Below, piece by piece: positions 11,711 to 21,661 of a stretch of 64,000 bases of DNA. Under the pieces are notes generated by a model. The model had not been told where the DNA came from. It saw nothing but the letters and a program-made list of their open reading frames with translations, and did not search any database. Position 1 is the first letter of the stretch, and each line of letters starts with the position of its first letter. Origin of the DNA: an uncultured Candidatus Entotheonella sp. Its GTDB lineage: Bacteria; Tectomicrobia; Entotheonellia; Entotheonellales; Entotheonellaceae. A program made the position numbers and the translations under genes. The stretch is from the NCBI GenBank assembly GCA_965215335.1, contig CBDCDA010000001.1, positions 864,001 to 928,000 on the forward strand. The letters are read 5' to 3'.

Positions 11711-13123
11711 ATGACACCGAGTGAAGTACTCAAACTGGCTGCGGACAAGGGGGCCAAGGTCCTCGATCTGCGCTTTCTGGATTTTCCGGGCCTGTGGCAG
11801 CACATGACCCATCCCATCAGCGAGCTCACCGAGGACCTGTTCAGCGAGGGTCTTGGCTTCGACGGCTCCAGCATCCGCGGCTGGCAGGCGATCAACGCCA
11901 GCGACATGCTGGTGATTCCCGACCCCGCCACGGCCCGCATGGACCCGTTCATGAAAGAGCCCACCCTGGTGATGATCTGCGACATCGTGGATCCGCTGAC
12001 CCACGAGCGTTACACCCGCGACCCCCGCAACATTGCCAAGAAGGCCGAGGCCTACGTGCAGGCCAGCGGGATTGCAGATACCGTCTACGTGGGGCCGGAA
12101 GCGGAGTTCTTCATCCTGGACGACATCCGTTACGACAGCAACGAGCATTCCGCGTACTACTTCGTGGATTCGGTGGAAGGGCAGTGGAACACCGGGCGCG
12201 TCGAGGGACCCAACCTGGGCTACAAGCCGCGCTTCAAGGAAGGCTACTTCCCCGTGCCGCCCTCAGACAGCATGCACGACATCCGCACCGAGATGATCCT
12301 GACCATGGAAAAGCTGGGCATCCGCGTCGAGACGCATCACCACGAGGTCGCCACCGCCGGCCAGGCCGAGATCGACATGCGCTTCAATTCCCTGGTGGCC
12401 ATGGCCGACAACCTCATGTGGTACAAGTACATCATCAAGAACGTGGCGCGGCGCTACAACAAGACGGTCACGTTCATGCCCAAGCCGCTGTACAACGACA
12501 ACGGCAGCGGCATGCACACGCACCAGAGCCTGTGGAAGGACGGTCGACCACTGTTTGCGGGCGACGGGTACGCCGGGATCAGCCAGATGTGCCTCAACTA
12601 CATCGGCGGCATCCTCAGGCACGCCCCGGCGCTGTGTGCCTTCGTGGCGCCGACCACCAATTCGTACAAGCGCTTGGTGCCGGGCTTCGAGGCGCCGGTC
12701 AACCTGGCGTATTCCAGTCGCAACCGCAGTGCCGCGGTGCGTATCCCCATGTACTCGCCGAGCCCGAAGGCGAAGCGCATCGAGGTGCGCTTCCCCGATC
12801 CGTCCTGCAACGGCTACCTGGCCTTTGCTGCCATGCTCATGGCGGGTCTGGACGGCATCGAAAATCGCATCGATCCCGGCGAGCCGCTGGACAAGGACAT
12901 TTATGCCCTCACGCCCGCGGAGCTCGGCAAGGTTCCCTCCGTGCCGGGTTCGCTCGAAGGCGCCCTCGATGCTCTGGAACAGGACCACGACTTTCTGCTC
13001 AAGGGCGACGTGTTCACCGCCGACGCCATCGGCCAGTGGATCGAGTACAAGCGCTCGAATGAAGTGGACGAGGTCCGCCTGCGGCCGCATCCGTTCGAGT
13101 TCAAGCTGTACTTCGATATCTAG
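11711..13123 (+). CDS. glnA: Glutamine synthetase type I
   Basis: [24 protein letters not shown]...[15 protein letters not shown]. Confidence 0.97.
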   Translation: MTPSEVLKLAADKGAKVLDLRFLDFPGLWQHMTHPISELTEDLFSEGLGFDGSSIRGWQAINASDMLVIPDPATARMDPFMKEPTLVMICDIVDPLTHERYTRDPRNIAKKAEAYVQASGIADTVYVGPEAEFFILDDIRYDSNEHSAYYFVDSVEGQWNTGRVEGPNLGYKPRFKEGYFPVPPSDSMHDIRTEMILTMEKLGIRVETHHHEVATAGQAEIDMRFNSLVAMADNLMWYKYIIKNVARRYNKTVTFMPKPLYNDNGSGMHTHQSLWKDGRPLFAGDGYAGISQMCLNYIGGILRHAPALCAFVAPTTNSYKRLVPGFEAPVNLAYSSRNRSAAVRIPMYSPSPKAKRIEVRFPDPSCNGYLAFAAMLMAGLDGIENRIDPGEPLDKDIYALTPAELGKVPSVPGSLEGALDALEQDHDFLLKGDVFTADAIGQWIEYKRSNEVDEVRLRPHPFEFKLYFDI

Positions 13124-13155
13124 ATCCCGTTTGCACAAGACGGCTTGACTTAGGG

Positions 13156-13212
13156 CCCTCCCCCTTGAGGGGGAGGGTTGGGATGGGTGGTTCCCGTCGG
13201 CACCCGATCCCA
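13156..13212. repeat. REP-like palindrome/hairpins between convergent genes
   Basis: CCCTCCCCCT-TG-AGGGGGAGGG perfect stem at 13156-13177, followed by an imperfect TGGGATGGGTG...CACCCGATCCCA hairpin. Confidence 0.55.
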
Positions 13213-13231
13213 CCTTTTGACGAGAGGACCG

Positions 13232-13405
13232 TTACGCTTCCTTCTTGGCGACGAAATGCCGCAGCAGGAACGCCGCATCGGCAGGAGAGAGATCGAAACG
13301 CAGGCAAGCTTCATCCACCACCTGTACCGAGAAGGTCCCCTGTTCGGAAATCCACCGTACCGCCCGCCGCAGGTTTTCCTTTTCCGGCAGTATTGATTCG
13401 CTCAT
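13232..13405 (-). CDS. Small hypothetical protein (57 aa)
   Basis: MSESILPEKENLRRAVRWISE...RFDLSPADAAFL; preceded by a GGAAAGGGGTG RBS-like tract. Confidence 0.55.
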   Translation of the reverse strand: MSESILPEKENLRRAVRWISEQGTFSVQVVDEACLRFDLSPADAAFLLRHFVAKKEA

Positions 13406-13497
13406 AATCACCCCTTTCCAGGACTTGATCGTTATTTCCAGGTCACCCACTCCGCCTTGATTGAACCGCGACACGCGGGTACGGAGACCCCGAAACC

Positions 13498-13925
13498 ATG
13501 ACCGCAGCGCTGCGGGGCATCCGGGTGCTGGACCTTACCGGCATCGCCACCTACTTCTGGGTGCTCACCAACCGCAAGCCGACGCACCGCCGCGGCAAGG
13601 TGCAACTCGTCGACGCCACCCAGTGGTACCAATTCCTGGACGGCAACGGACGAATCGGACGCCTGCTCATCACGCTCATGCTCTGCCACACAGGCATGCT
13701 GCGCCAGCCGTTCCTGTACCTCAAGCAGCACCGAAGCGATTACTGTGACCTGTCGAATGACGTGCGCCGCGCGGGTGACTGGGAGGCATGGCTCGCCTTC
13801 TACCTTCCCGACCGCCGCGGCGATGCAGTTGCTGATTACCCAAGGGATCGCGCGCGAACTGACCGGCAAGCCCCGCAACCGGCTGTTTGTCCATGATCGG
13901 TACCTTTCCATTCTCAACGAGAGAC
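13498..13925 (+). pseudogene. Chimeric relic: CoA-transferase III N-terminus, HsdM fragment and Fic fragments
   Basis: MTAALRGIRVLDLT | TGIATYFWVLTNRK...GKVQLVDATQWY | FLDGNGRIGRLLI...GDWEAWL; then in another frame ELTGKPRNRLFVHDRYLSILNE. Confidence 0.6.
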
Positions 13926-13973
13926 TGAGGCGCCAGGATAGGCGGCCCATTGAACGGATTGGAGGGCTTCTGA

Positions 13974-14456
13974 ATGAATCTGGGCGAAAAATTCAAGAAT
14001 TTCCAGTTAGGCAAAATCAAGCTTGGTCCACGCTGGTTCAGCCTGGAAATTGACTTCCAACCGGACGACCAGGAAGCCGCGTGGGAGTTGTACGTCGAGA
14101 TGCTGACGCGCATCGTCACCCAACCGCTGCCGGCTGATGCAGGCGACGAGAAGACGGCTCTGGACAGCGTCTATTCCCTCTTCCCGACCACCCGGGAAAT
14201 TCTTCGGCGGCATGGTCGGGAAACGATTCAATTCAGCAAGGTTGCGATTCCCGTCCTGAATCAGGTCGTCCGGCCGTTCACCGCGAAGTGGCACCAGGAG
14301 GCGTTGTCCGGCGCGTTTGATGACGCGGCCAGGCGAAGCGAATTTCGCGCCGAACTGAGCGCCTTGCAGGAGGATCTGCGCAACTACAACCGCTTTTTGG
14401 CGGAAATTGCCGGTGTGGAAGATCTCACAGACTTGGAAGAGCCCACGGGAGTGTAA
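13974..14456 (+). CDS. Hypothetical alpha-helical protein, TIR-associated
   Basis: Intact 160-aa ORF with GGAGG RBS; stop is 2 bp before the ATG of a TIR-like gene. Confidence 0.7.
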   Translation: MNLGEKFKNFQLGKIKLGPRWFSLEIDFQPDDQEAAWELYVEMLTRIVTQPLPADAGDEKTALDSVYSLFPTTREILRRHGRETIQFSKVAIPVLNQVVRPFTAKWHQEALSGAFDDAARRSEFRAELSALQEDLRNYNRFLAEIAGVEDLTDLEEPTGV

Positions 14457-14458
14457 CC

Positions 14459-14733
14459 ATGTATCAAACTCCAAGACACAGGGTGTTCATCAGCTTCCCA
14501 TGATGGGGCACGACATTGTAGACGAATCAGTCGGTGACGGGGACATTGATGATGACAATCTCGCCACCGAAACCATACGCCAGCGGATCCGCGACAATTT
14601 CATCCGGGACGCCACTGTTACCGTTGTTTTGATAGGTCCCTGCACGTGGCAGCGCAAGCACGTGGATTGAGAGATTGGCTCCAGCCTGCGGCACACCGGC
14701 AGGAATTCCCGATGCGGTCTGTTGGGCATCCTG
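14459..14733 (+). pseudogene. TIR-domain (MTH538/ThsB-like) pseudogene
   Basis: MYQTPRHRVFISF, frameshift, then ...IRDATVTVVLIGPCTWQRKHVD*EIGSSL...GLLGIL; TGA at 14668 where Trp of DWEI is expected; truncated. Confidence 0.7.
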
Positions 14734-15731
14734 TGCAACTTGTTGCGGGTTCCAAGCGCCTGCGCGCCGCGCGGCAGGCCGGACAGGCAACCGTGCCGGC
14801 CTTGATTCACGAGGCCGACGAACTCTCCGAGCACCGGGCGTTTCTGCTCGCGGTGCACGACAATCTGGCCTGTCGCCCCTTCAATACCGTGGAAAAGGCC
14901 CGCATCCTCCGGCGTTTGCAGCACGATTTTCGGTACCCGGACGCCGTGCTGACCAAACAATTCTGCCCGCTGTTGGACCTGCCGACGCGCGCCGATACGC
15001 TGCGAGCCTATTGCACCCTGGCAATCCTGGACGACACCCTGCAAGCGGCAACGGTCGAAAGCGCCCTGCCCGTTGACGTCGCCCCGTGGGTCGGCGGCCT
15101 GGACACCGCCGACCGGCAAGCCGTGCTGCCTCTCTTCACCGGTCTGCAACTCGGCAGCAATCGTGCCCAGGCGTGCGCCGCCTATATTGACGAGATCCGT
15201 CAACGCGACGCCTGCACCGCCGCCGCGCTGCTTGAGCGGCTCAGCCTACCCGCCCTGCTCACCGACCCGAGGCGCTCCGGCCCGCAGAAACGCGAAGCCG
15301 TACAGTGCGCCCTGCGCCAGGCGCGCTACCCCCAACTCACCATTCACGAACAGCATTACCGGGAAGCCGCCCGCCGCTTGCGGCTGCCGTCCGTCATCTC
15401 GCTGCGCCCACCGCCCTACTTTGAAAGCCGCCAGTATCAAGTCTCGTTCAGCTTCAGCCAGCGCCAGGAACTGCGCCACGCCGCCCAGCGCCTCCTCGAC
15501 GCGGGCGATTCGGATGCCATGGACGATTTGCTTGATCTGCAGGTCGTTACGGGCGAGAACCGCGCCGCGTTGAATTCAAGGCCCGGTTACAGTAGAGTAC
15601 TCGCCGCTACAAACCAGTCCGACACTTCCAAGCCTGCCAGCAAGCGGGCGAGGGGCACCAATCGGTATGAGCATCGAATACCGCACGAAGGACGGCGCCG
15701 TTCTGTGGATCCGCAATCCCTTTACCGGTAA
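14733..15731 (+). pseudogene. 5'-truncated ParB/Spo0J-like protein
   Basis: Begins abruptly at QLVAGSKRLRAA (ParB box-like); 'DNLACRPFNTVEKA'; no RBS; 3' end overlaps the next gene. Confidence 0.45.
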
Positions 15732-16737
15732 TGTTACCTACTTCAACAACATCCACCGCAAGCCCCACGCCTACCGCCACCTGACGAACCCCCAGCAAGC
15801 GGCCCCGACCGCCTCGTTCCCGCCATCGACCTATGACCTGTGCGCCGACATGCGGCGTGTGCAGGACGCCTGCGTGTTCTGCCCGGGCAACGAAGCCATG
15901 ACGATGGAAGAGGTCATGCGCGTCACTTACGGCGACATGCACCCCGGCGTCGCTCCGCCCGACGGCAGCCGAGCCGAGGATTGGGCCATCCGCGTGGTGC
16001 GCAACATCGTGCCGCGCATCCCGGAGGCGTGCACCGGCGGCAGAAACGAGTCGTACGTCATCATGGAAGATGCCCGCCATTTTCTCCCCGGCGCCACCGA
16101 CCTGACCGATCTCATGTGGTCCGGCGCGCTGTCTGCGGCGCAGTACGGCCACGTGCTGCGAACGACTGCCGACGTGGTGCGGCACGCCATGGACAACCCG
16201 GCCGTCAAGTCGGTGCTCATCCGCAAGCATCAGGGACAGGAATCCGGCGCCTCGCAGCCGCACATTCATATTCAGGCCATCGGCGCGGACCGCGTTTTCC
16301 CGGACGTGGAGCAGGAGATGGCGGTCACGGCGCGCCATCCGGATGTCTGGCAGGAAAGCGTGGACCTGATGCGATGCTTCGGCTTTCATCTGCATGAGGG
16401 CGACGGCATCGTCGCGCACTGGTCGCCGTTCGGCAAATTCGGTCGGCACTTCGAGGTCATTGCGCTAGACGACCGGCAACCGCTACACGAGATTCCCGAT
16501 CACCGCTTGCGGCTTTTCGCCCGGCACCTGCACCGCCTCCTGCGCGCCCTGCGTACCGCGCCGCACGACCTGGAACTGCACCACGGCGACGGCATCCCCC
16601 TGCACGTGCACGTCAATGGGCGCCGCTACGTCTACGCCAACTTTGCCGGTACCCTGAACGCCCCCGCCGACCTCGCCGCGAATTACATGCCGCCAACACG
16701 CCACGCCATGCACGAGATGGCCCGGCAGGCGACATGA
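15667..16737 (+). CDS. GalT-like (HIT superfamily) nucleotidyltransferase
   Basis: CVFCPGNE Zn motif and GASQPHIHIQ (HxHxQ) motif. Confidence 0.7.
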   Translation: MSIEYRTKDGAVLWIRNPFTGNVTYFNNIHRKPHAYRHLTNPQQAAPTASFPPSTYDLCADMRRVQDACVFCPGNEAMTMEEVMRVTYGDMHPGVAPPDGSRAEDWAIRVVRNIVPRIPEACTGGRNESYVIMEDARHFLPGATDLTDLMWSGALSAAQYGHVLRTTADVVRHAMDNPAVKSVLIRKHQGQESGASQPHIHIQAIGADRVFPDVEQEMAVTARHPDVWQESVDLMRCFGFHLHEGDGIVAHWSPFGKFGRHFEVIALDDRQPLHEIPDHRLRLFARHLHRLLRALRTAPHDLELHHGDGIPLHVHVNGRRYVYANFAGTLNAPADLAANYMPPTRHAMHEMARQAT

Positions 16738-16847
16738 AACGAGCACTTTCATGCCATCATTCAGGTCGTCATATCGGCCGTACCCGCTGCGGTCCTTCGG
16801 GACAGCAGTTCAGGAACGCCTTCTCCACGACGTATGAGAAGCCGCGA

Positions 16848-18077
16848 TCACCGACGCCCACCCGCCCGCCGCGTTGCCACCCAGAAACAGCCGATCACCC
16901 CGCACAACGACACGCAAGCCAGCGCGAACGCGAGCGTGTAGGACCCCAGGCGGTCGTACATGGCACCGCCGTACCAGGGACCGAGGGCGCCGCCCAGGCC
17001 GTGCCCGATGCTGATGAACCCGAAAATCGTGGCGAACGAGCGACCCGGAAAACGATCCGCCGCGATGGCCGAGATGATGGGGCCACGGGCACCGTAGCCC
17101 AGACCGAAACACACCGCATACAGGTACAGCGGCCACGTGACGCTGGCGCCATCGAGCATGAGAAGCGCCAGGATGCCGAGCTGTGAAAAGACCACGCTCA
17201 ACGCCACGCCGCCGAAGCGTCCCAGTCGGTCGGAAAGCGCCCCGAAGAGCAGCCGGCCGCACGAGCTCATCACGCCCATGTATCCCAGGACGCCCGCCGC
17301 CAGGACGCGGCTGAAACCCAGGTCCGTCAGGTAGGCCACCTGATGCACGGACACCGGAAAGACGCCCAGCGGGATGAGCACTTGCGCCAGCCCCAGGGCC
17401 CAGAACTGCCGCGTGCGCAGGGCCTGCCGGACGGTCCAGGCCGCCTCCCCGTGTGGCGCGGTCTCGGGCTTGTCGGCTGACCCGTCAGCGCCGTAGGGCT
17501 GCAAACCAACGTCCTCGGGCTGGTTGCGCAAGGTCAGCAGTACCGTGAGGGCGTACAACGCGGCGATGCTGCCCAGGGCCACGAACGCATACCGCCAGCC
17601 CAGACGCGACGTGAGCGCCTGCGAAAGCGGTCCCATGACCTTGACGCCCAGCCCCATGCCGGCAAACGCAAAGCCGATCATCGTGCCGCGGCGCCTGACG
17701 AACCAGCGCGACAGCAGCGCCGCGTGCGACACCTGCCCCGCCAGTCCGACTCCGAGGCCGACGATGACGCCGAACAGCACGATCAGATGCCACAACGCCT
17801 GCACCACGCTGCACGCCGCCAAGCCCACCGCAATGGCGCCCAGGCCACCGACCACCACGGCGCGCGGCCCCCAGCGGTCCGTCAGCATACCGACGAGCGG
17901 CGACACCGCGGCCTGCACGACATTGCCCACCGAGAAAGCCATCGCCGCGCCGCCGCGGCTCCAGTCGAACGCCTCCAGCAGGGCAATGAAGAATACGGCG
18001 TACGAAAACCACACGCCGAACACCAGGGCAGTCGTCACGAACGACTGCCCCATGATGAACCAGGCATAGGCCGTCAT
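16848..18077 (-). CDS. MFS transporter
   Basis: About 12 hydrophobic segments; GMLTDRWGPR and GALSDRLGR motif A. Confidence 0.85.
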   Translation of the reverse strand: MTAYAWFIMGQSFVTTALVFGVWFSYAVFFIALLEAFDWSRGGAAMAFSVGNVVQAAVSPLVGMLTDRWGPRAVVVGGLGAIAVGLAACSVVQALWHLIVLFGVIVGLGVGLAGQVSHAALLSRWFVRRRGTMIGFAFAGMGLGVKVMGPLSQALTSRLGWRYAFVALGSIAALYALTVLLTLRNQPEDVGLQPYGADGSADKPETAPHGEAAWTVRQALRTRQFWALGLAQVLIPLGVFPVSVHQVAYLTDLGFSRVLAAGVLGYMGVMSSCGRLLFGALSDRLGRFGGVALSVVFSQLGILALLMLDGASVTWPLYLYAVCFGLGYGARGPIISAIAADRFPGRSFATIFGFISIGHGLGGALGPWYGGAMYDRLGSYTLAFALACVSLCGVIGCFWVATRRAGGRR

Positions 18078-18228
18078 CGGGTCCTCGTCAAGGCTTGCCA
18101 GCCAAGGGGTGTTGACACACGGGCAGCCTGTCCGACTACAATAGCCGCGATCAACAATGGAAAGCGATGTCAGAGCCTGCGAGCCGCAGGCTGATTACGG
18201 ACCAACGAGGCCATCCCCAGGGAGATGC

Positions 18229-19563
18229 ATGAGCCAGCGATCGTTCCTCACCAACTTTGCCCGCGAAAACCTCGAAACGCTGAACCTCCGCCGCTTCTTC
18301 GGCGACTACCGCGCCTTTTCGTTCGACCCCGAACGTTTCCACCTCGGCATTGGCGAAATTGCGCAGATCACCGACGACATGACCTGGCAGGGCATCATAC
18401 ACGGATTTTACGGCGACCCGCGGCTGGTATCGCGCGCTACCATGTACGCCGGGACGCGAGGCGAGTGCGCCGCCAACCAGGCCGTGGCCGAGCACGTCGG
18501 CGGGCTGCTCGGGCGGCCCGAGCTGAATGAGCGGCACGTGGTGCCGTACGACGGCGGCCACAACGCCATCAGCGGCATCGTGCGGGCCTGCGTGGCGCCG
18601 CTGGGATCGCCTAGGGACGAACGCCAGTACGTGCTCGTGCCGACGCCCTGCTACCCGTATTTCCCCACCGTCGTCACGGCGCACGCCGGCGTCATCGCGT
18701 ATACGGCTTACTCGGCGGAAGAGATGGTGACGGGCATCGAGACGCTGGTGAACCCGCAGGTGGGGGTCATTCTGATCAACGCGCCGCACAATCCCACCGG
18801 CTACGTCCTGAGCGCCGAGCAGGTGGCGCGCATCAACCGCGCGGTGGCGTCGTACGACTGCGTTCTGGCCGTTGACATGGTGTACGCCCTGCACGCCCTT
18901 GAGCCGCAGGCCATCCGGGCCCTCGGTGGTCTCGACCCCGACCGCACCATCTACATCGACAGCTTCTCCAAGAAATTCGGTCTGCCGGGCTACCGGCTGG
19001 GCTTTGCACTGTGCGCGAATACCGATCTGATCGAGGCGCTGCGCATGCTCAAGGCCGCCGAATCGATCTCCACCAGCAACGTCAAGCTGCTCTTTGCGGC
19101 GCATCTGCTGGAGCATCACGTGGCGCTGGCCGAGACCACGGCGTCGGAGATCCGGCGGCGCCACGAGGTGTTTCGCGCCGCCCTGGAGGGCATCGAGGAG
19201 TACGGTATCGAGGTGCCGCCGCTGAGCCGCAGCGCGAATGCCTTCTACCTGCCGCTGTACGTAGAACGGCTGCTGGACCGCACCCGGCTGAGCTCGGACG
19301 AGTTTGTGGCGCGCTGCTACGATGACCATCGCGTCGTCCTGGTGGCGGGCACCCGCATGTACCCGCCGACCGACCTGCCGCCCGGCGAACTGACGATAGA
19401 CAACGCCACGCCGCGCGTCAGCATGCCCGGACCGGTCGTCTACGCTCCCGGATTCGCCGCCGCCAAGCGCCCCTTCGTGCGCGTCTCGTTCGGCGTCGAG
19501 CACCGGGTCAGCGAGGCGGCCGAGCGGTTCATGCAGGCCGGGGCCGAGACGTTCGCTCGATAG
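18229..19563 (+). CDS. PLP-dependent aminotransferase class I/II
   Basis: NAPHNPTG, VDMVY, SFSKKFGLPGYRLG. Confidence 0.85.
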   Translation: MSQRSFLTNFARENLETLNLRRFFGDYRAFSFDPERFHLGIGEIAQITDDMTWQGIIHGFYGDPRLVSRATMYAGTRGECAANQAVAEHVGGLLGRPELNERHVVPYDGGHNAISGIVRACVAPLGSPRDERQYVLVPTPCYPYFPTVVTAHAGVIAYTAYSAEEMVTGIETLVNPQVGVILINAPHNPTGYVLSAEQVARINRAVASYDCVLAVDMVYALHALEPQAIRALGGLDPDRTIYIDSFSKKFGLPGYRLGFALCANTDLIEALRMLKAAESISTSNVKLLFAAHLLEHHVALAETTASEIRRRHEVFRAALEGIEEYGIEVPPLSRSANAFYLPLYVERLLDRTRLSSDEFVARCYDDHRVVLVAGTRMYPPTDLPPGELTIDNATPRVSMPGPVVYAPGFAAAKRPFVRVSFGVEHRVSEAAERFMQAGAETFAR

Positions 19564-19574
19564 GCCCGCCCGCC

Positions 19575-20411
19575 ATGCCTTATCGCTTACTCGCCCTGGA
19601 TGTCGATGGCACCCTGCTCGATCCGGACGGTGAATTACGTGACGCCGTACAGCAGGCGGTCATCGCCGCCCAGCAGACCGGCCTGCGGGTCATTCTGTGC
19701 ACCGGACGGCGCTTCCGCTCGGCGCGCCCATGGGCGCAGGAACTGCAACTCGACGGCCCCATCGTGGTACACAACGGCGCGCTCGTGAAGGACGTCGCCT
19801 CTACCGAAACGCTGCACTGCCACCCTCTGCCGGAAACGCTCTGCCAGCGCGGCATGGCGGTTCTGCGGCAACTGGCGCCGCCGTTGATCTACATCGACGC
19901 CTTCCACGAAGAGGTCGATATCCTCACCGAGCCGCTGGAGCACCTGCACCCCTTCCAGCGCGAGTACCTGCAGCACAACCTCCCATACTGCCGCTTCGTG
20001 GATGACCTGGGCGCCGCCTGCCTGAGCGGGGTGGTCATGCTCAGCATCATGGCCGAAGCCGACCGTCTGCAAGCCCTGCGCCCGGCGGTCGAGGACGCCC
20101 TCGCCGGCCAGGGGCATACCAAGATGATCCTGAACAAGAACTACCGAGGGCACATCCTGGAAGTCCTGCCGGCAACGGTCTCCAAATGGCAGGCGCTGGA
20201 ACGCCTGATGGCGGCCGAGGGATTGGCCGCGGAGGACGTGATGGCCATCGGCGACGACTACAACGACCTGGAAATGATTCGCGGCGCCGGCCTTGGTATC
20301 GCCATGGGCAACGCCGTCGACGCCGTCCGCGATGCCGCCGGGTACGTCACCGGCAGCAACGCCGACAACGGCCTCGTGCAAGCCCTCGAACGCTTTGTCC
20401 TGCGGGGCTGA
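19575..20411 (+). CDS. Cof-type HAD-IIB hydrolase
   Basis: LDVDGTLL, CTGR, IGDDYNDLEMI...AMGNA. Confidence 0.9.
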   Translation: MPYRLLALDVDGTLLDPDGELRDAVQQAVIAAQQTGLRVILCTGRRFRSARPWAQELQLDGPIVVHNGALVKDVASTETLHCHPLPETLCQRGMAVLRQLAPPLIYIDAFHEEVDILTEPLEHLHPFQREYLQHNLPYCRFVDDLGAACLSGVVMLSIMAEADRLQALRPAVEDALAGQGHTKMILNKNYRGHILEVLPATVSKWQALERLMAAEGLAAEDVMAIGDDYNDLEMIRGAGLGIAMGNAVDAVRDAAGYVTGSNADNGLVQALERFVLRG

Positions 20412-20420
20412 GACCCCGCC

Positions 20421-20798
20421 ATGATCTATGGCATCGGCGTCGACCTGGTCGAAACCGACCGCATGGAACGCGCCATCACCCGTAGCGGTCCGCGCCTCGT
20501 CGAACGCCTCTACACCGCTGACGAACGGGCCTACTGCAGCGCCAAGCGCTTCCCCTACCCCTGCTTCGCCGCCCGCTTCGCCTGCAAGGAAGCCTTCCTC
20601 AAAGCCCTCGGCACCGGCCTCCGCAAGCACATGCGCTGGCGCGACATCGAGGTCCGCCGCCACCCCCTCGGCAAACCCTTCTTGCACCTGCATGGCTACC
20701 TGCGGGAACGCTGCGATGCCGCCGGCATCCGGCGCATCCACCTCTCGCTGTCCCACAGCGCCAGCCACGCCATAGCCCAGGTGGTTCTGGAGTGCTGA
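20421..20798 (+). CDS. acpS: Holo-[acyl-carrier-protein] synthase
   Basis: GIGVDLVE, ARFACKEAFLKALGTG, LSLSHS. Confidence 0.92.
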   Translation: MIYGIGVDLVETDRMERAITRSGPRLVERLYTADERAYCSAKRFPYPCFAARFACKEAFLKALGTGLRKHMRWRDIEVRRHPLGKPFLHLHGYLRERCDAAGIRRIHLSLSHSASHAIAQVVLEC

Positions 20799-20843
20799 GC
20801 GGCCTTCCTGTCGGATGGCGCTGCGCGAATCTGACCTGCGCGA

Positions 20844-21611
20844 CTACTGCTCCTCGTAGTGCCACGTCAGGCCACCGTCCACGTAATACGTCGACCCCGT
20901 AACGTACGCGGCATCGTCGGAAGCCAGGAAAACGGCAACGCCGGCCACGTCCTGCGGCTGGCCGAGACGATTAAGGGGTATTTGCGTCAGCAGGGCGTCG
21001 AGCTTGGCGGGATCGTTCAGCAGTTTCGTGTTGATGGGGGTTTCGATGGCGCCGGGGGCGATGGCGTTGACGGTGATCCCGAACTGGCCGAGCTCGACCG
21101 CCAGGTTGCGGGTCAGCATTTTCACCCCGCCCTTGCTGGCGCAGTAGGCGGCGAAATTGGGAAAGGGCAACTCCTCGTGGACGGAGCTGATGTTGATGAT
21201 GCGGGCCGGTCGATCGGTCTGCCGGGCGTGGTTCACCATCGCCTGGGTGGCGAAGAAAACGCCCTTGAGATTGACATTCAGAACGCGGTCGTAATCCGCC
21301 TCGGTGACTTCCCAGAACGGTGCGTGGGCCTCGACCCCCGCGTTGTTCACCAGAATGTCGAGCTTGCTGAAATGATCGACGGCGGCGGCGATGAGGTGCC
21401 GCACCCCGGCGGTGGTCGACACGTCGGCCTGCACGATCAGGCCCCGCCGCCCGGCTGCCTCCACCCCAGCGAGGACTTCGTGCGCGCCGCCCGGGCTGCG
21501 GTTATAGTTGATGACCACGTCCGCCCCTTCGCGGGCAAAACGCTCCACGATGCCCCGCCCGATGCCTTGGCTGCCGCCCGTCACCACGGCTACTTTCCCC
21601 GACAATCGCAT
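20844..21611 (-). CDS. SDR oxidoreductase, glucose 1-dehydrogenase-like
   Basis: TGGSQGIG, NNAG, ISSVHE, YCASKGG, PGAIETPIN. Confidence 0.85.
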   Translation of the reverse strand: MRLSGKVAVVTGGSQGIGRGIVERFAREGADVVINYNRSPGGAHEVLAGVEAAGRRGLIVQADVSTTAGVRHLIAAAVDHFSKLDILVNNAGVEAHAPFWEVTEADYDRVLNVNLKGVFFATQAMVNHARQTDRPARIINISSVHEELPFPNFAAYCASKGGVKMLTRNLAVELGQFGITVNAIAPGAIETPINTKLLNDPAKLDALLTQIPLNRLGQPQDVAGVAVFLASDDAAYVTGSTYYVDGGLTWHYEEQ

Positions 21612-21661
21612 GACCGTTCCTCCTGTTGACGTTGCCCCTGGGTGTGCTGGTTGACGCGCCC

